Shown piece after piece: positions 12,733 to 22,792 of a stretch of DNA of 64,000 bases (within the stretch, counting starts at the first letter, position 1; each line of letters opens with the position of its first letter). The stretch lies in NCBI RefSeq assembly GCF_009914755.1, contig NC_060931.1; one strand, given 5' to 3'. The translations under genes were made by a program, and so were the position numbers. Source of the DNA: the human T2T-CHM13v2.0 reference genome, Homo sapiens. The notes below the pieces were generated by a model, which saw only the letters and a list, made by a program, of their open reading frames with translations, was not told the DNA's origin and did not search any database.

Positions 12733-13527
12733 GTGACAGCTCTTTCAAGTCAGTCCCAGTCCCTGATAAGCTAGTGGGGGATGAGTGATTGGCCTTCCTC
12801 CCAGCAGCACCTTAGAGGCCATTGTTCCCCCTTCCTGGCCACTGGCCGCTCTGTGGGCCCTCCGTTGCTCACCTTTGGCAATCTGAGAACCTGGGGCTAT
12901 CAAAAGTAGTATCTTGTTAGGAACCCCTAAGCAAGACCAAAGGGTGCTCCTACTCAGCAGTCCTTCTCCCCTGCCCCCCTGCCCTCCACACCTCCCCCGA
13001 CATCCACACTTCAGTTATGGCAGTGTGGGCATGTCTTAGAGATGGCTAGTCTCCAGAGAAGTGAGGTGATCACTTTTTCAGCCCAGAGAGCTGCCCTGTT
13101 TCTTGTGCTGGAGAAGAGTGGAAGAACCCAGAGGTGGCTCATCCTCTCAAACCAAAGTATTGGGAGGATTTTCTGGCTTGTGTCATTCATTCCCTTGAAG
13201 AACAATGGGAATCTTTGGGGGAAGAAAGTATCATTATTATTATTTTTAATATGTTATTTCTGTGATGGCTCCTTGCAGAGCAGGGCTAGCCTGTAAGCAA
13301 TGCACTGAGAGTAGCCGAGAGTGTCCTTAGTTGCCTACTTGCTTTCTACTTTCCAAAATGTGGGCAGTGAAAGAACTGGGGTTAAGCGAGGTGCTGGAAA
13401 GGGTGCCTCTTCTGTCCTCTGTTCTAACGCAGCAGTGCTAACAGATGTGAACACTGAGTATGGTTAAGGGCGGTTTGGGACTGGCAGCTCTTGTGTGTGT
13501 CATTGATTGGTCTGATTGTCCCTCTAG

Positions 13528-13710
13528 GGGCAGCAGTATCGCTCATTTGAACTGGCCAAAAATAGGGACCCTGAGAAGGAAGGGAGCTCGGCTTTCCTGA
13601 GTGCCTTCGCCGTGCACCCTGTCTCCGAAGGTACCCTCATGTACCGGCTCCACAAACGCTTCAGCGCTCTGGAGTTGGAGCGGGCTTACAGTGAAATAGA
13701 ACAACTGCAG
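13528..13710 (+). CDS. CHPF2: CHPF2 coding exon 3 (GQQYRSFELAKNRDPEKEG...YSEIEQLQ)
   Basis: CCTCTAG acceptor, CAG|GTGAGC donor; 183 nt, phase 0-0, open frame. Confidence 0.96.
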
Positions 13711-14493
13711 GTGAGCTGAAGAGGAGCAGGTGGGCAGAGGACCGCAGTCAGAGGGTCAGAGAGAGCCTGAGATGTCCAGGCGTGCAATGAACGAGCAGCT
13801 GGCAGTGGGGCTGGGCTAGGCCCTGTATAATGGCAGGGCAGGAAGAGGCCGACCATACTTAAATTTAAAGCAACTACAGGGACAAAGGTCTTTGGGGGTC
13901 CAAAGCAATCATAAGGTAAGCTCCCAGCACAACTTGAATGCAGCTAAAGGGGTTTGCAAGTAGACTCTGAGGATCAGGAAGCTCCGCACAGTGTTCAGAC
14001 AGAATAGTTTTAGCTCCTCCTCAATAGTGCCTGTCCACTGAGGAGGCAAAAACTCTGAAGTTTCTTTACTTCTAGAACTGTCCCAAGAAAGCCCAAGGGT
14101 AGAAGGGAGAATTCTCAAGTTGAACGTCAGGCTTGGCAGAGGTGGAGTGTAGATGAAAACAAAGGTGTGATTATGAAGAGGATGTGAGTCCTTTGGGTGT
14201 AGGAGAGAAAGGCTGTTGAGCTTCTATTTCAAGATACTTTTACCTGTGCAAAAAGCACATTTTCCACCTCCTTCTCATGGCATTTGTGTAAGGTGAGTAT
14301 GATTCCTATTCCATCTGCATTTTAGAGGTGAAGAATAACGTACAAGGGATTCAGTGATTAGCAAGGGACCCCTCACTAAGTGTTGATGGAGTTAGGACAG
14401 AGCTCAGCTGTTTGAATCTCAGAGCCCAGGCAGCTGGAGCTGGGTAGGATCCTGGAGCTGGCACTAATGTGAGGTGCATTCCCTCCAACCCAG

Positions 14494-15801
14494 GCTCAGA
14501 TCCGGAACCTGACCGTGCTGACCCCCGAAGGGGAGGCAGGGCTGAGCTGGCCCGTTGGGCTCCCTGCTCCTTTCACACCACACTCTCGCTTTGAGGTGCT
14601 GGGCTGGGACTACTTCACAGAGCAGCACACCTTCTCCTGTGCAGATGGGGCTCCCAAGTGCCCACTACAGGGGGCTAGCAGGGCGGACGTGGGTGATGCG
14701 TTGGAGACTGCCCTGGAGCAGCTCAATCGGCGCTATCAGCCCCGCCTGCGCTTCCAGAAGCAGCGACTGCTCAACGGCTATCGGCGCTTCGACCCAGCAC
14801 GGGGCATGGAGTACACCCTGGACCTGCTGTTGGAATGTGTGACACAGCGTGGGCACCGGCGGGCCCTGGCTCGCAGGGTCAGCCTGCTGCGGCCACTGAG
14901 CCGGGTGGAAATCCTACCTATGCCCTATGTCACTGAGGCCACCCGAGTGCAGCTGGTGCTGCCACTCCTGGTGGCTGAAGCTGCTGCAGCCCCGGCTTTC
15001 CTCGAGGCCTTTGCAGCCAATGTCCTGGAGCCACGAGAACATGCATTGCTCACCCTGTTGCTGGTCTACGGGCCACGAGAAGGTGGCCGTGGAGCTCCAG
15101 ACCCATTTCTTGGGGTGAAGGCTGCAGCAGCGGAGTTAGAGCGACGGTACCCTGGGACGAGGCTGGCCTGGCTCGCTGTGCGAGCAGAGGCCCCTTCCCA
15201 GGTGCGACTCATGGACGTGGTCTCGAAGAAGCACCCTGTGGACACTCTCTTCTTCCTTACCACCGTGTGGACAAGGCCTGGGCCCGAAGTCCTCAACCGC
15301 TGTCGCATGAATGCCATCTCTGGCTGGCAGGCCTTCTTTCCAGTCCATTTCCAGGAGTTCAATCCTGCCCTGTCACCACAGAGATCACCCCCAGGGCCCC
15401 CGGGGGCTGGCCCTGACCCCCCCTCCCCTCCTGGTGCTGACCCCTCCCGGGGGGCTCCTATAGGGGGGAGATTTGACCGGCAGGCTTCTGCGGAGGGCTG
15501 CTTCTACAACGCTGACTACCTGGCGGCCCGAGCCCGGCTGGCAGGTGAACTGGCAGGCCAGGAAGAGGAGGAAGCCCTGGAGGGGCTGGAGGTGATGGAT
15601 GTTTTCCTCCGGTTCTCAGGGCTCCACCTCTTTCGGGCCGTAGAGCCAGGGCTGGTGCAGAAGTTCTCCCTGCGAGACTGCAGCCCACGGCTCAGTGAAG
15701 AACTCTACCACCGCTGCCGCCTCAGCAACCTGGAGGGGCTAGGGGGCCGTGCCCAGCTGGCTATGGCTCTCTTTGAGCAGGAGCAGGCCAATAGCACTTA
15801 G
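14494..15801 (+). CDS. CHPF2: CHPF2 coding exon 4 to stop (...FEQEQANST*); spliced protein 772 aa
   Basis: CCCAG acceptor at 14493; 1308 nt; chondroitin-synthase family motif GYRRFDPARGMEYTLDL; exon sum 2319 nt = 772 aa + stop. Confidence 0.98.
   Translation, partial: AQIRNLTVLTPEGEAGLSWPVGLPAPFTPHSRFEVLGWDYFTEQHTFSCADGAPKCPLQGASRADVGDALETALEQLNRRYQPRLRFQKQRLLNGYRRFDPARGMEYTLDLLLECVTQRGHRRALARRVSLLRPLSRVEILPMPYVTEATRVQLVLPLLVAEAAAAPAFLEAFAANVLEPREHALLTLLLVYGPREGGRGAPDPFLGVKAAAAELERRYPGTRLAWLAVRAEAPSQVRLMDVVSKKHPVDTLFFLTTVWTRPGPEVLNRCRMNAISGWQAFFPVHFQEFNPALSPQRSPPGPPGAGPDPPSPPGADPSRGAPIGGRFDRQASAEGCFYNADYLAARARLAGELAGQEEEEALEGLEVMDVFLRFSGLHLFRAVEPGLVQKFSLRDCSPRLSEELYHRCRLSNLEGLGGRAQLAMALFEQEQANST
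15541..15658 (+). ncRNA. MIR671: pre-miR-671 hairpin inside the CHPF2 CDS; 5p arm 15569-15591, 3p arm 15608-15628
   Basis: AGGAAGCCCTGGAGGGGCTGGAG and TCCGGTTCTCAGGGCTCCACC match my recollection of mature miR-671-5p/3p, and the two arms base-pair (AGCCCTG/CAGGGCT). Confidence 0.95.
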
Positions 15802-15920
15802 CCCGCCTGGGGGCCCTAACCTCATTACCTTTCCTTTGTCTGCCTCAGCCCCAGGAAGGGCAAGGCAAGATGGTGGACAGATAGAGAATTGTTGCTGTAT
15901 TTTTTAAATATGAAAATGTT

Positions 15921-15926
15921 ATTAAA
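15921..15926 (+). terminator. CHPF2: CHPF2 poly(A) signal ATTAAA
   Basis: ATTAAA 120 nt after the stop, U-rich upstream and GU/U-rich (TGTTTTT) downstream. Confidence 0.75.
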
Positions 15927-16108
15927 CATGTCTTCTGCCAAACTGTTTTTAGGTCTAGGGAAAATTGAGTAAGGAGAAGAATCCAAGGGAAGGGAATGGG
16001 GAGTCGTCCCGAGGGACCCACTGCCTCCCCACCTTCTTCCCTTCCCCTTCTCTCCCCCTCCCCTCCCCAGTTTCCAATGACCACACGGCTGCTGTCAGAT
16101 GAATGACT

Positions 16109-16114
16109 TTTAAT
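16109..16114 (-). terminator. SMARCD3: SMARCD3 poly(A) signal ATTAAA
   Basis: TTTAAT on the plus strand, about 110 nt past the SMARCD3 stop. Confidence 0.75.
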
Positions 16115-16222
16115 CCAGCCCCACACCCCAAGGTGGCAGAGGAGTGATGCTGGAGCCCGGGGCAAAATGCTGGGGCCCGGGACACGGCTGAAAGTTCCGT
16201 CGTGCTGCTTATTTTTGGGCTC

Positions 16223-16276
16223 CTAGGTGTTGCGCACAACCAGCGACTGCTCCAGCTCCTGCCTGCGCTGCTGGAT
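16223..16276 (-). CDS. SMARCD3: SMARCD3 (BAF60c) last coding exon IQQRRQELEQSLVVRNT*
   Basis: AAG acceptor at 16277, TAG at 16225-16223; 54 nt. Confidence 0.96.
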   Translation of the reverse strand: MQQRRQELEQSLVVRNT

Positions 16277-16515
16277 CTTTAGAGGAAGTGAGAACAGGAG
16301 CAGGTGTCAGTGTTCTGGTGAGTGATCAGGACAATCCCACCTACTGACACCGCCTGCCCTGAAAGAGCATCTGGGAGCAGGGAGGGCCATTGCATGGTGA
16401 GGCAGCGTGGTGAAGCTTTACTGTGGGGAGCTGCGAGGGCTGCCCACAAGCTGAACAGGGAGGTTTCTCTTGGAGTTGAGGATGGGGAAGCCTCAGGGCA
16501 AGGGTCCCTGCATAC

Positions 16516-16617
16516 CTTGCAGTAGAAGTAGCGACTGACGGCCTCCTGGGACCAGGGCTGGTGGTAGAACTCAGCCCGGCGCTCCTCTTCAGGGTTGCCG
16601 GCTACATCTGTCATCAC
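16516..16617 (-). CDS. SMARCD3: SMARCD3 exon [34 protein letters not shown]
   Basis: AG/GT bounded, 102 nt, phase 0-0. Confidence 0.96.
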
Positions 16618-16743
16618 CTGGGAGGGAGCGTGGGGTGAGCCCTGAGCCCTGAATCCCCTCACCTGCCCCTGGAGTACAACGTTTACTCTCTTTCCCGCTG
16701 TGCTTGTCTTCCACTCCAGTACTCCCTGAGTCTCCCTCTTCAC

Positions 16744-16866
16744 CTTGAGGTCCCGGCTCTGGGAGCGGAGCAGGTCTTGGACATAGCCTTTGGGGTCTCT
16801 GGAGAAGCTTAGCATGAAGTCCCTCTGGATCTTGAGCTGGTTTATGGACTCAATCGTCTCATGGAT
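16744..16866 (-). CDS. SMARCD3: SMARCD3 exon [41 protein letters not shown]
   Basis: AG/GT bounded, 123 nt. Confidence 0.96.
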
Positions 16867-17230
16867 CTGCAGGTAGAAAGATAGATGCTTTCCACCTGGC
16901 TTTGGTGATGTGGGAGACGAGGGGAAAGGAAGCGGGTGGGAAGGGGAGGGAGAGGGGGTTTCTTCTGTGAAGGACAACCCCTCAGAGCCCCTGATTTCTC
17001 TGAAGTCCCAGGGGAGGAGGGGATGGGCAGAACTAAACTTGGAATGAGGTTCAGCTCCAAGCAGCATGGACGGGCCATGTGTGTCCCATTGGCCCAGAGT
17101 CTGGTCTCTCTTTTTTTTTTTTTTTAATTTAACCCAGACTGCTCATCTGCAACCACACCCTGGTCTCAGAAAAGTCTCCTCTATCATCTCTGGGTTAATG
17201 TCCCACTCCAGCTCTGGGCTTGGGCCCCAC

Positions 17231-17366
17231 CTTACTGTCCAGAGCACTGATCTCCTGCTGGTTGGCCGTGGATAGGAGGAAGCTGCTCATCTGCCCCTTT
17301 AATGGCTCCTCCACCTCCACGTCAATGTCATAGCACGCCGTCTTCTTCTGGTCTGAAGGGTCCACG
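17231..17366 (-). CDS. SMARCD3: SMARCD3 exon [45 protein letters not shown]
   Basis: AG/GT bounded, 136 nt, phase 2-0. Confidence 0.96.
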
Positions 17367-17544
17367 CTGCCAGGGAAGTCCAGCCCTTCGTGTCCACGAT
17401 GCCCCCATACGGGCCCCAGGGCCCCGGGGCTGGGGCAGATCCAACAGGGAGGGAGAAGAGATGGGAGTGGGAGGAGAGGGAGGGGCAGGGAAGGCAGGAA
17501 CGAGATCATTCCCTGGTCTGAGAAGCAAGCTGGGGCCACCTCAC

Positions 17545-17642
17545 CTGATGACATGGTTGATGACAATTGGGTCAGGGGGCAATAGCAGGGCTGTGAGGCG
17601 CTGGGGAATCTCAGAAAACTTCAGCCGGGGACAATCAAAAAT
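17545..17642 (-). CDS. SMARCD3: SMARCD3 exon [33 protein letters not shown] (C-terminal part of the SWIB domain)
   Basis: AG/GT bounded, 98 nt, phase 0-2. Confidence 0.96.
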
Positions 17643-17869
17643 CTGAAGCAGGACAATTGGGGAGAGAGAGATCACTCTTCTTGAAGAGATCATCATGCAG
17701 TTGTAGATCCTTTTGTTCTAGAAAGGCCACAAGAAGCTGAGAGGAAGTCTGATTCCTCAGTGCGCATGGGGATGGGATTGGGGTGGGCTGGTCTGGTGGT
17801 GGAGCCACCGGTATGGCTGACAAGATAGGGGGTGGGTCAGTGTGGGGCAGGGGTTGAGAGTGCGGGCCC

Positions 17870-18335
17870 TGGGTCAGCCTGCTTATGTATCAGTCCTGCC
17901 TCTGCCACTTACTATGCAACCTGGAGCAAGTTAACACCTCAGGGCTCAGTGTCTTCATCTCTAGAGTGGGGATGAAAAGAATACCTATCTCCCAGGGCTG
18001 CCGTGAGAAGTCAGTGAACTAATACACATAAAGTGCTTGGGACAGTGCCTGGCACATGGTAAGTGCCCAATAAATATCAACTGCTATTTTTACTCCTCAG
18101 GTTTATCTGCTGTATTTATTTTTAAATGCATTAATAAGAATATTCTCTGTTTTGGTGGAATTTTGCTCAATCACTTTTGCAGCAATTTGATTTTCCTAAC
18201 TGCCCAGGAGAGTAGATAGGACAGGTATTGTCACTCCACTTCAAAGATAAGGAAACAAGGTTCAGAATCGCTGAGTCACTTACCCAGAGTCCAGACTCAG
18301 GACTAGAACCTGGGGATCCTAACTCCAAGTGCCAA
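17870..18335. mobile_element. Two MIR fragments in opposite orientation
   Basis: MIR-core-like CTCAGTGTCTTCATCT and AAGATAAGGAAACAAGGTTCAGA, plus a CAGTGCCTGGCACATGGTAAGTGCCCAATAAAT tail. Confidence 0.65.
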
Positions 18336-18611
18336 GAATATTACATTCCAGAAAGCGGTTGGCTTTGTAGGGTTTCCAGGTCTTCCTAACTTGGGGGGGC
18401 TAACATGGATTGGCTGCAGCACAGAGCTAATCCACAGTAGGGCCTGAACTAGAATCCTGGTCGGTCTCTTGGCTCCAAGACCATGACTGTGTACTGCTTC
18501 TGCTACTCAGGAATCTAGAAGGGAGGGGTGGTAGTTACCTTGGTAGAGGTACTTCCCCTGCTGGAGAACTCCGCCTGCTCCCCAGATCCCAGGGTTCAGG
18601 AGAGAGGTTAC

Positions 18612-18773
18612 CTGCTGGAAATACTTGTCCCCATTGATGTATTCCTTGTCATGGGAGTCCTGCAGCCTGTTGGTCTTCACATACTGCCACAGGGCCTGGA
18701 CAATGGCTGAGCGGCTCTGTGTGTGCAGCCCCAGCAGCCGGGCTAGGCGGGGATCCAGTTTGAACTGGGGAGG
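18612..18773 (-). CDS. SMARCD3: SMARCD3 exon [54 protein letters not shown] (SWIB/MDM2 domain)
   Basis: AG/GT bounded, 162 nt; SWIB motif LWQYVKxNxLQD. Confidence 0.97.
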
Positions 18774-18996
18774 CTGGGAAAAGGGGACTGTGAAAGTTAG
18801 ACCAAAGGGAGAGAAAGGAAGGAGCCCAGGGCCAGGCCATTCAGGACTAGGGGGATGTGTTGATTGAGGAAACATGCCCCTGGGGAAGGATAGGTTTGGG
18901 AGGGGAAGGAGGTCTCTCAAGATGCACCACTTTGGGACCTAGCCCTGCCCTGAGGGCCTTGTGTGGCGTGTACGGGGCAGCATGGCAGGTGCAGAC

Positions 18997-19098
18997 CTGG
19001 TAGTCCAGCATGAGGAGCAGCGTGCAGCGCACACTCAGGTCCCCAGGCCGTTTCACCTGGAAGCCGTCCGTCTCCTGGGTCGTGGGTGTCCGATGCCA
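18997..19098 (-). CDS. SMARCD3: SMARCD3 exon [34 protein letters not shown]
   Basis: AG/GT bounded, 102 nt. Confidence 0.96.
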
Positions 19099-19199
19099 CT
19101 GTCCAGGAGAGAAGAGCTGTGTCTCCCAAAGGCCCATCTGGAGTGGTGGGGCCCAGGACTCTAGGGTGGTCCCTGACCCAAATCTGTGCTGGTTCTTCA

Positions 19200-19445
<246 letters not shown>

Positions 19446-19600
19446 TTAGATGAAATCCTCTGCACTTGGAATGTCTCTAGGCCTGCCCCTCCACCCAGCC
19501 TGGGCTGACTCCCTAGCCCTTAGTGCAGACACCTTGTTCTGTTCTCAGTGCAGCCCATGCCCACCCCAGGACACCTGGAGAGACCTGGGCCGGGACGTAC

Positions 19601-19723
19601 ATCATCCAGGAGCTTCCCCTCCACCCGTAGCTCCCAGGAGGCAATGCTGCCGTCGGAATCCTCAGCATCAGGCTTCGCAGGGTTAAAAGTGTTGGAGATA
19701 TAGAGTCGCAGCTTCCGCTTTTG
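19601..19723 (-). CDS. SMARCD3: SMARCD3 exon [41 protein letters not shown]
   Basis: AG/GT bounded, 123 nt. Confidence 0.96.
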
Positions 19724-19834
19724 CTGTAGAAATAGAGTGCAGAACCGGGCGAATGCTGTGTGCTCCCACCCCGACCACCCTGCTTCCCCATCCTGGTCAC
19801 ACAACTCTAGAGTCCCCTTCCTACCCCCGAACTA

Positions 19835-20059
<225 letters not shown>

Positions 20060-20778
20060 TCAGGGGAGCCATCCTACTTTTGGGCATGTAGCTTTGACAG
20101 TGGGAACAGGACCTCTCCCCAGGATGCCATTATCCAGCAGTAGGGGCCTTGCTGTGTAGGGATAACAATTGCTTCTCCCTTTAGGAAGTGCCTTGTGTTT
20201 CATCATCAGGGAGGAGGTAGCAACGGTGGAGCTCAGCAAGCACTAGCCTTTAGTCTCCTCATCTTGTCATTGTCCATATCATATGCCTGCTGGGCTTCCC
20301 CTGGGCCCCTGCAAAGTGCCTAGTAGGGGCTCAATCCCTGAGACAGTTGGACAGCGGTGCTTTCTTCTCTGCTGGCACCTTGCTCAGCCCCCACACCTGT
20401 CCCAACTGTGCTGTCCCCATACCCAGCTGGACCTGGGTCTCTTTAGGATGCTCAGGATCTCTGGCCACCTTCTATCCCCTTCATTCTGCCTGGCAGCTTC
20501 TGATCCCCTAGCTCTTGCCCCCTCCTGGTCCCACAGCTCTATAGTACCACTTGGATCAAACCCCCTGACAGGCCCCTGTGTTCTGGCCCCAGTGGCTCTG
20601 CTGCTTCCCTCCACCTCACCCCCTCCCTCTGGCCTGCGGAGCCTCACTTATTAATGAGCTTTTTTAAACAAAAAGTGAAAGTGACTGTGACGCTGAAGCT
20701 CTGCTTCTGAGGGGGGAGGGGAGGGCGGAGCAGCAAAGGGTGGGGGGTGGGCTGGGGGCTGCTGTGAAAGGCACTCAC

Positions 20779-20821
20779 CCTTTGAGGGAGGATTTTGTCA
20801 GCCATCTTCCTCCTCTTGGCA
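20779..20821 (-). CDS. SMARCD3: SMARCD3 43-nt exon (S)AKRRKMADKILPQR
   Basis: TACAG acceptor, G|GTGAGT donor, phase 2-0; basic NLS-like KRRK. Confidence 0.95.
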
Positions 20822-22580
20822 CTGTACATTTTTTAAAGAAAAAACCAGGTTACCATGGCGACAGATCTGGGCGTAACGAGGCCACCTGCTAGATTATCCC
20901 GACATCTCCGCCCGCCTGGCTGGGGTTCCCACAGCCCACTTGTCTGCCCGCCCAAGGGCTGTGACGGTGGTGTGTGGAACCGGTGCTCTGTCCTCTCTCA
21001 GGACACAGGAGTGACCCATCCATTCTCTGGCCTGGGAGCCCCCTTCTACCCTGCCACATCCTCAGGGACAGAGAAATTTAGACAGGAGGGACTGGCTGGT
21101 GGGGGCGGTGCTGCCAAAAGATGCGAGCTGCAGAAGTGTTTGAGGAAAGGTGGGGATGAGGGAGGACAAAGGAGAGGGAAGCCAGGTTCTGAAGACCTTT
21201 TCTGGAAAGCAGGGGGTGCCCTGTCCAAAGGGGCCTAAGCTCAGAGGGAGGGAGAGAGACGAACTCCTTCCTATCCATGGAGCGGGAGGTGACGGTGTGA
21301 AGCTGGCGGGACTTGCACCCCTTCCAGCCACCCTGGGCTTGGAAGAGAACGCTGATGGGCTGGGGGTACTCATGCCCTGGGACTACCTGGCAACAGGGTG
21401 AGGGACATGCTGCAGCCATAGGCGCCCAGAATGTGCATGGGTGTGACTTCAGGCTGAGGCCAAATTGACTAGGCCCGGGGTAGTAGCAGCTGGATGTGGG
21501 CTCTTTCTGACCCACTAGCTGCTTCTAACTAACCCAAAAACCCCCAGAAAAACCTTGGCGGGTCAAGAGATGAAAACGCAGCCCAGAGAATAGCTCCATA
21601 CTGCCCCCGTGTGGTGTTCTCAAGCACTGCCCCCTCCCTATGCAGAAATCTAAGGCTAACAAGCGGATTTCATTAAAGGTCTGGTTTGTTTTAAACAGAT
21701 TATCTATGTGTAACTCTCCATTTATACAAGATAAATCAGGGAATTACCATTTGCCGTACAAAATGACGATGCACTTTACTAAAGAATTCATCATGGGATT
21801 CCTATAAGTGGTGATTTTTTCCCCGATGTGTAAAAAATAATAATGAGGTAAAATTGATATTACACCTTTTATAGAAACCCATCTGTTGTGCAAAAAAAGC
21901 ATGTGTATTTGGCTAAATACTGAAACCCGGAGGGGCACTGCTGTTGCCAGGAGCCAGCAGGGGCTTTGAGGGTGCCACCAGCTGCTGGAGGAAAGCAAGG
22001 AAATGGGCTGGCCCTGGTGGCTTGAGAGCAGACCTGGGCCAGAGTGCCTAAGAATTAAGAGCAGGACTGGGTAGAGACCACCTACCCACAGGGCAAATCC
22101 CCAAGCTCCACCCCCATGGTCAGAGAGTCCCATTGAGAAAATCTGGAGTGGCTTTGAAACAGCCCGGGGGCCGGCAGGAAGGCTCAGCGGAGAACCACAC
22201 TTTGGGGAACACAGTCCTACACCTCTGCCCTCAGTCCCACTGGAAGCCCCGCCCCCACCCCAAAGACTGAAGCATCACCCAGAACCTGATGGGTGGAGAG
22301 AAGGACTGAGCAGGTGACAAGGAGAAGGGTGAGGGGAGCGTGCAGGGAAGCGGTACCGGCTGCCGACGGCCGCAGCCTGTCTCCACCGTGGGCACACAAA
22401 AGAATCAGGCCGGTGCCCCCTAAGCCTACCTCCCCAGAGGGCATTCGACCCGGGAAGCCTCGCTCCCTGCTAATCATTCTTCCTCGCCCCTTCCAATCCC
22501 CGCTACTCGCTTACCTGGTCCCTGCGGGTCCCCCAGGGCCCGCCCCTGCACGCCCCCTCCTCGCCGGGCCTCCCACTCAC

Positions 22581-22792
22581 CTGCGGCTCCGCGCGGGGGC
22601 GGTGGGCACCGGCTGGCCCTGGCTCTGTGCCTGGCTCTGCCCGGGCGGGGGCGCTGCTCGCTTGCGGGCGGGCTCCATGCCCGCGGGGGCCAGGCCGGGT
22701 CGCACGGCGGGGCTGCCCATGTACGGGGAGCCCGGGGGGCCCATGGGCGCCCCCTGGTGGGGCATCCGGGCTCCAGACGGCATCCCGGGGCG
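22581..22792 (-). CDS. SMARCD3: SMARCD3 first shared coding exon (Pro/Gly-rich [28 protein letters not shown]...APARSR)
   Basis: CCCAG acceptor, CAG|GTGAGT donor; 212 nt, phase 0-2; lies in a small CpG island. Confidence 0.96.

Noticed and set aside
16279-17067. 262-aa minus-strand ORF running through two SMARCD3 exons
   Set aside because: Two phase-0 exons joined by a short in-frame intron; explained by the normal gene structure, although retention of the 126-nt intron would keep the frame.
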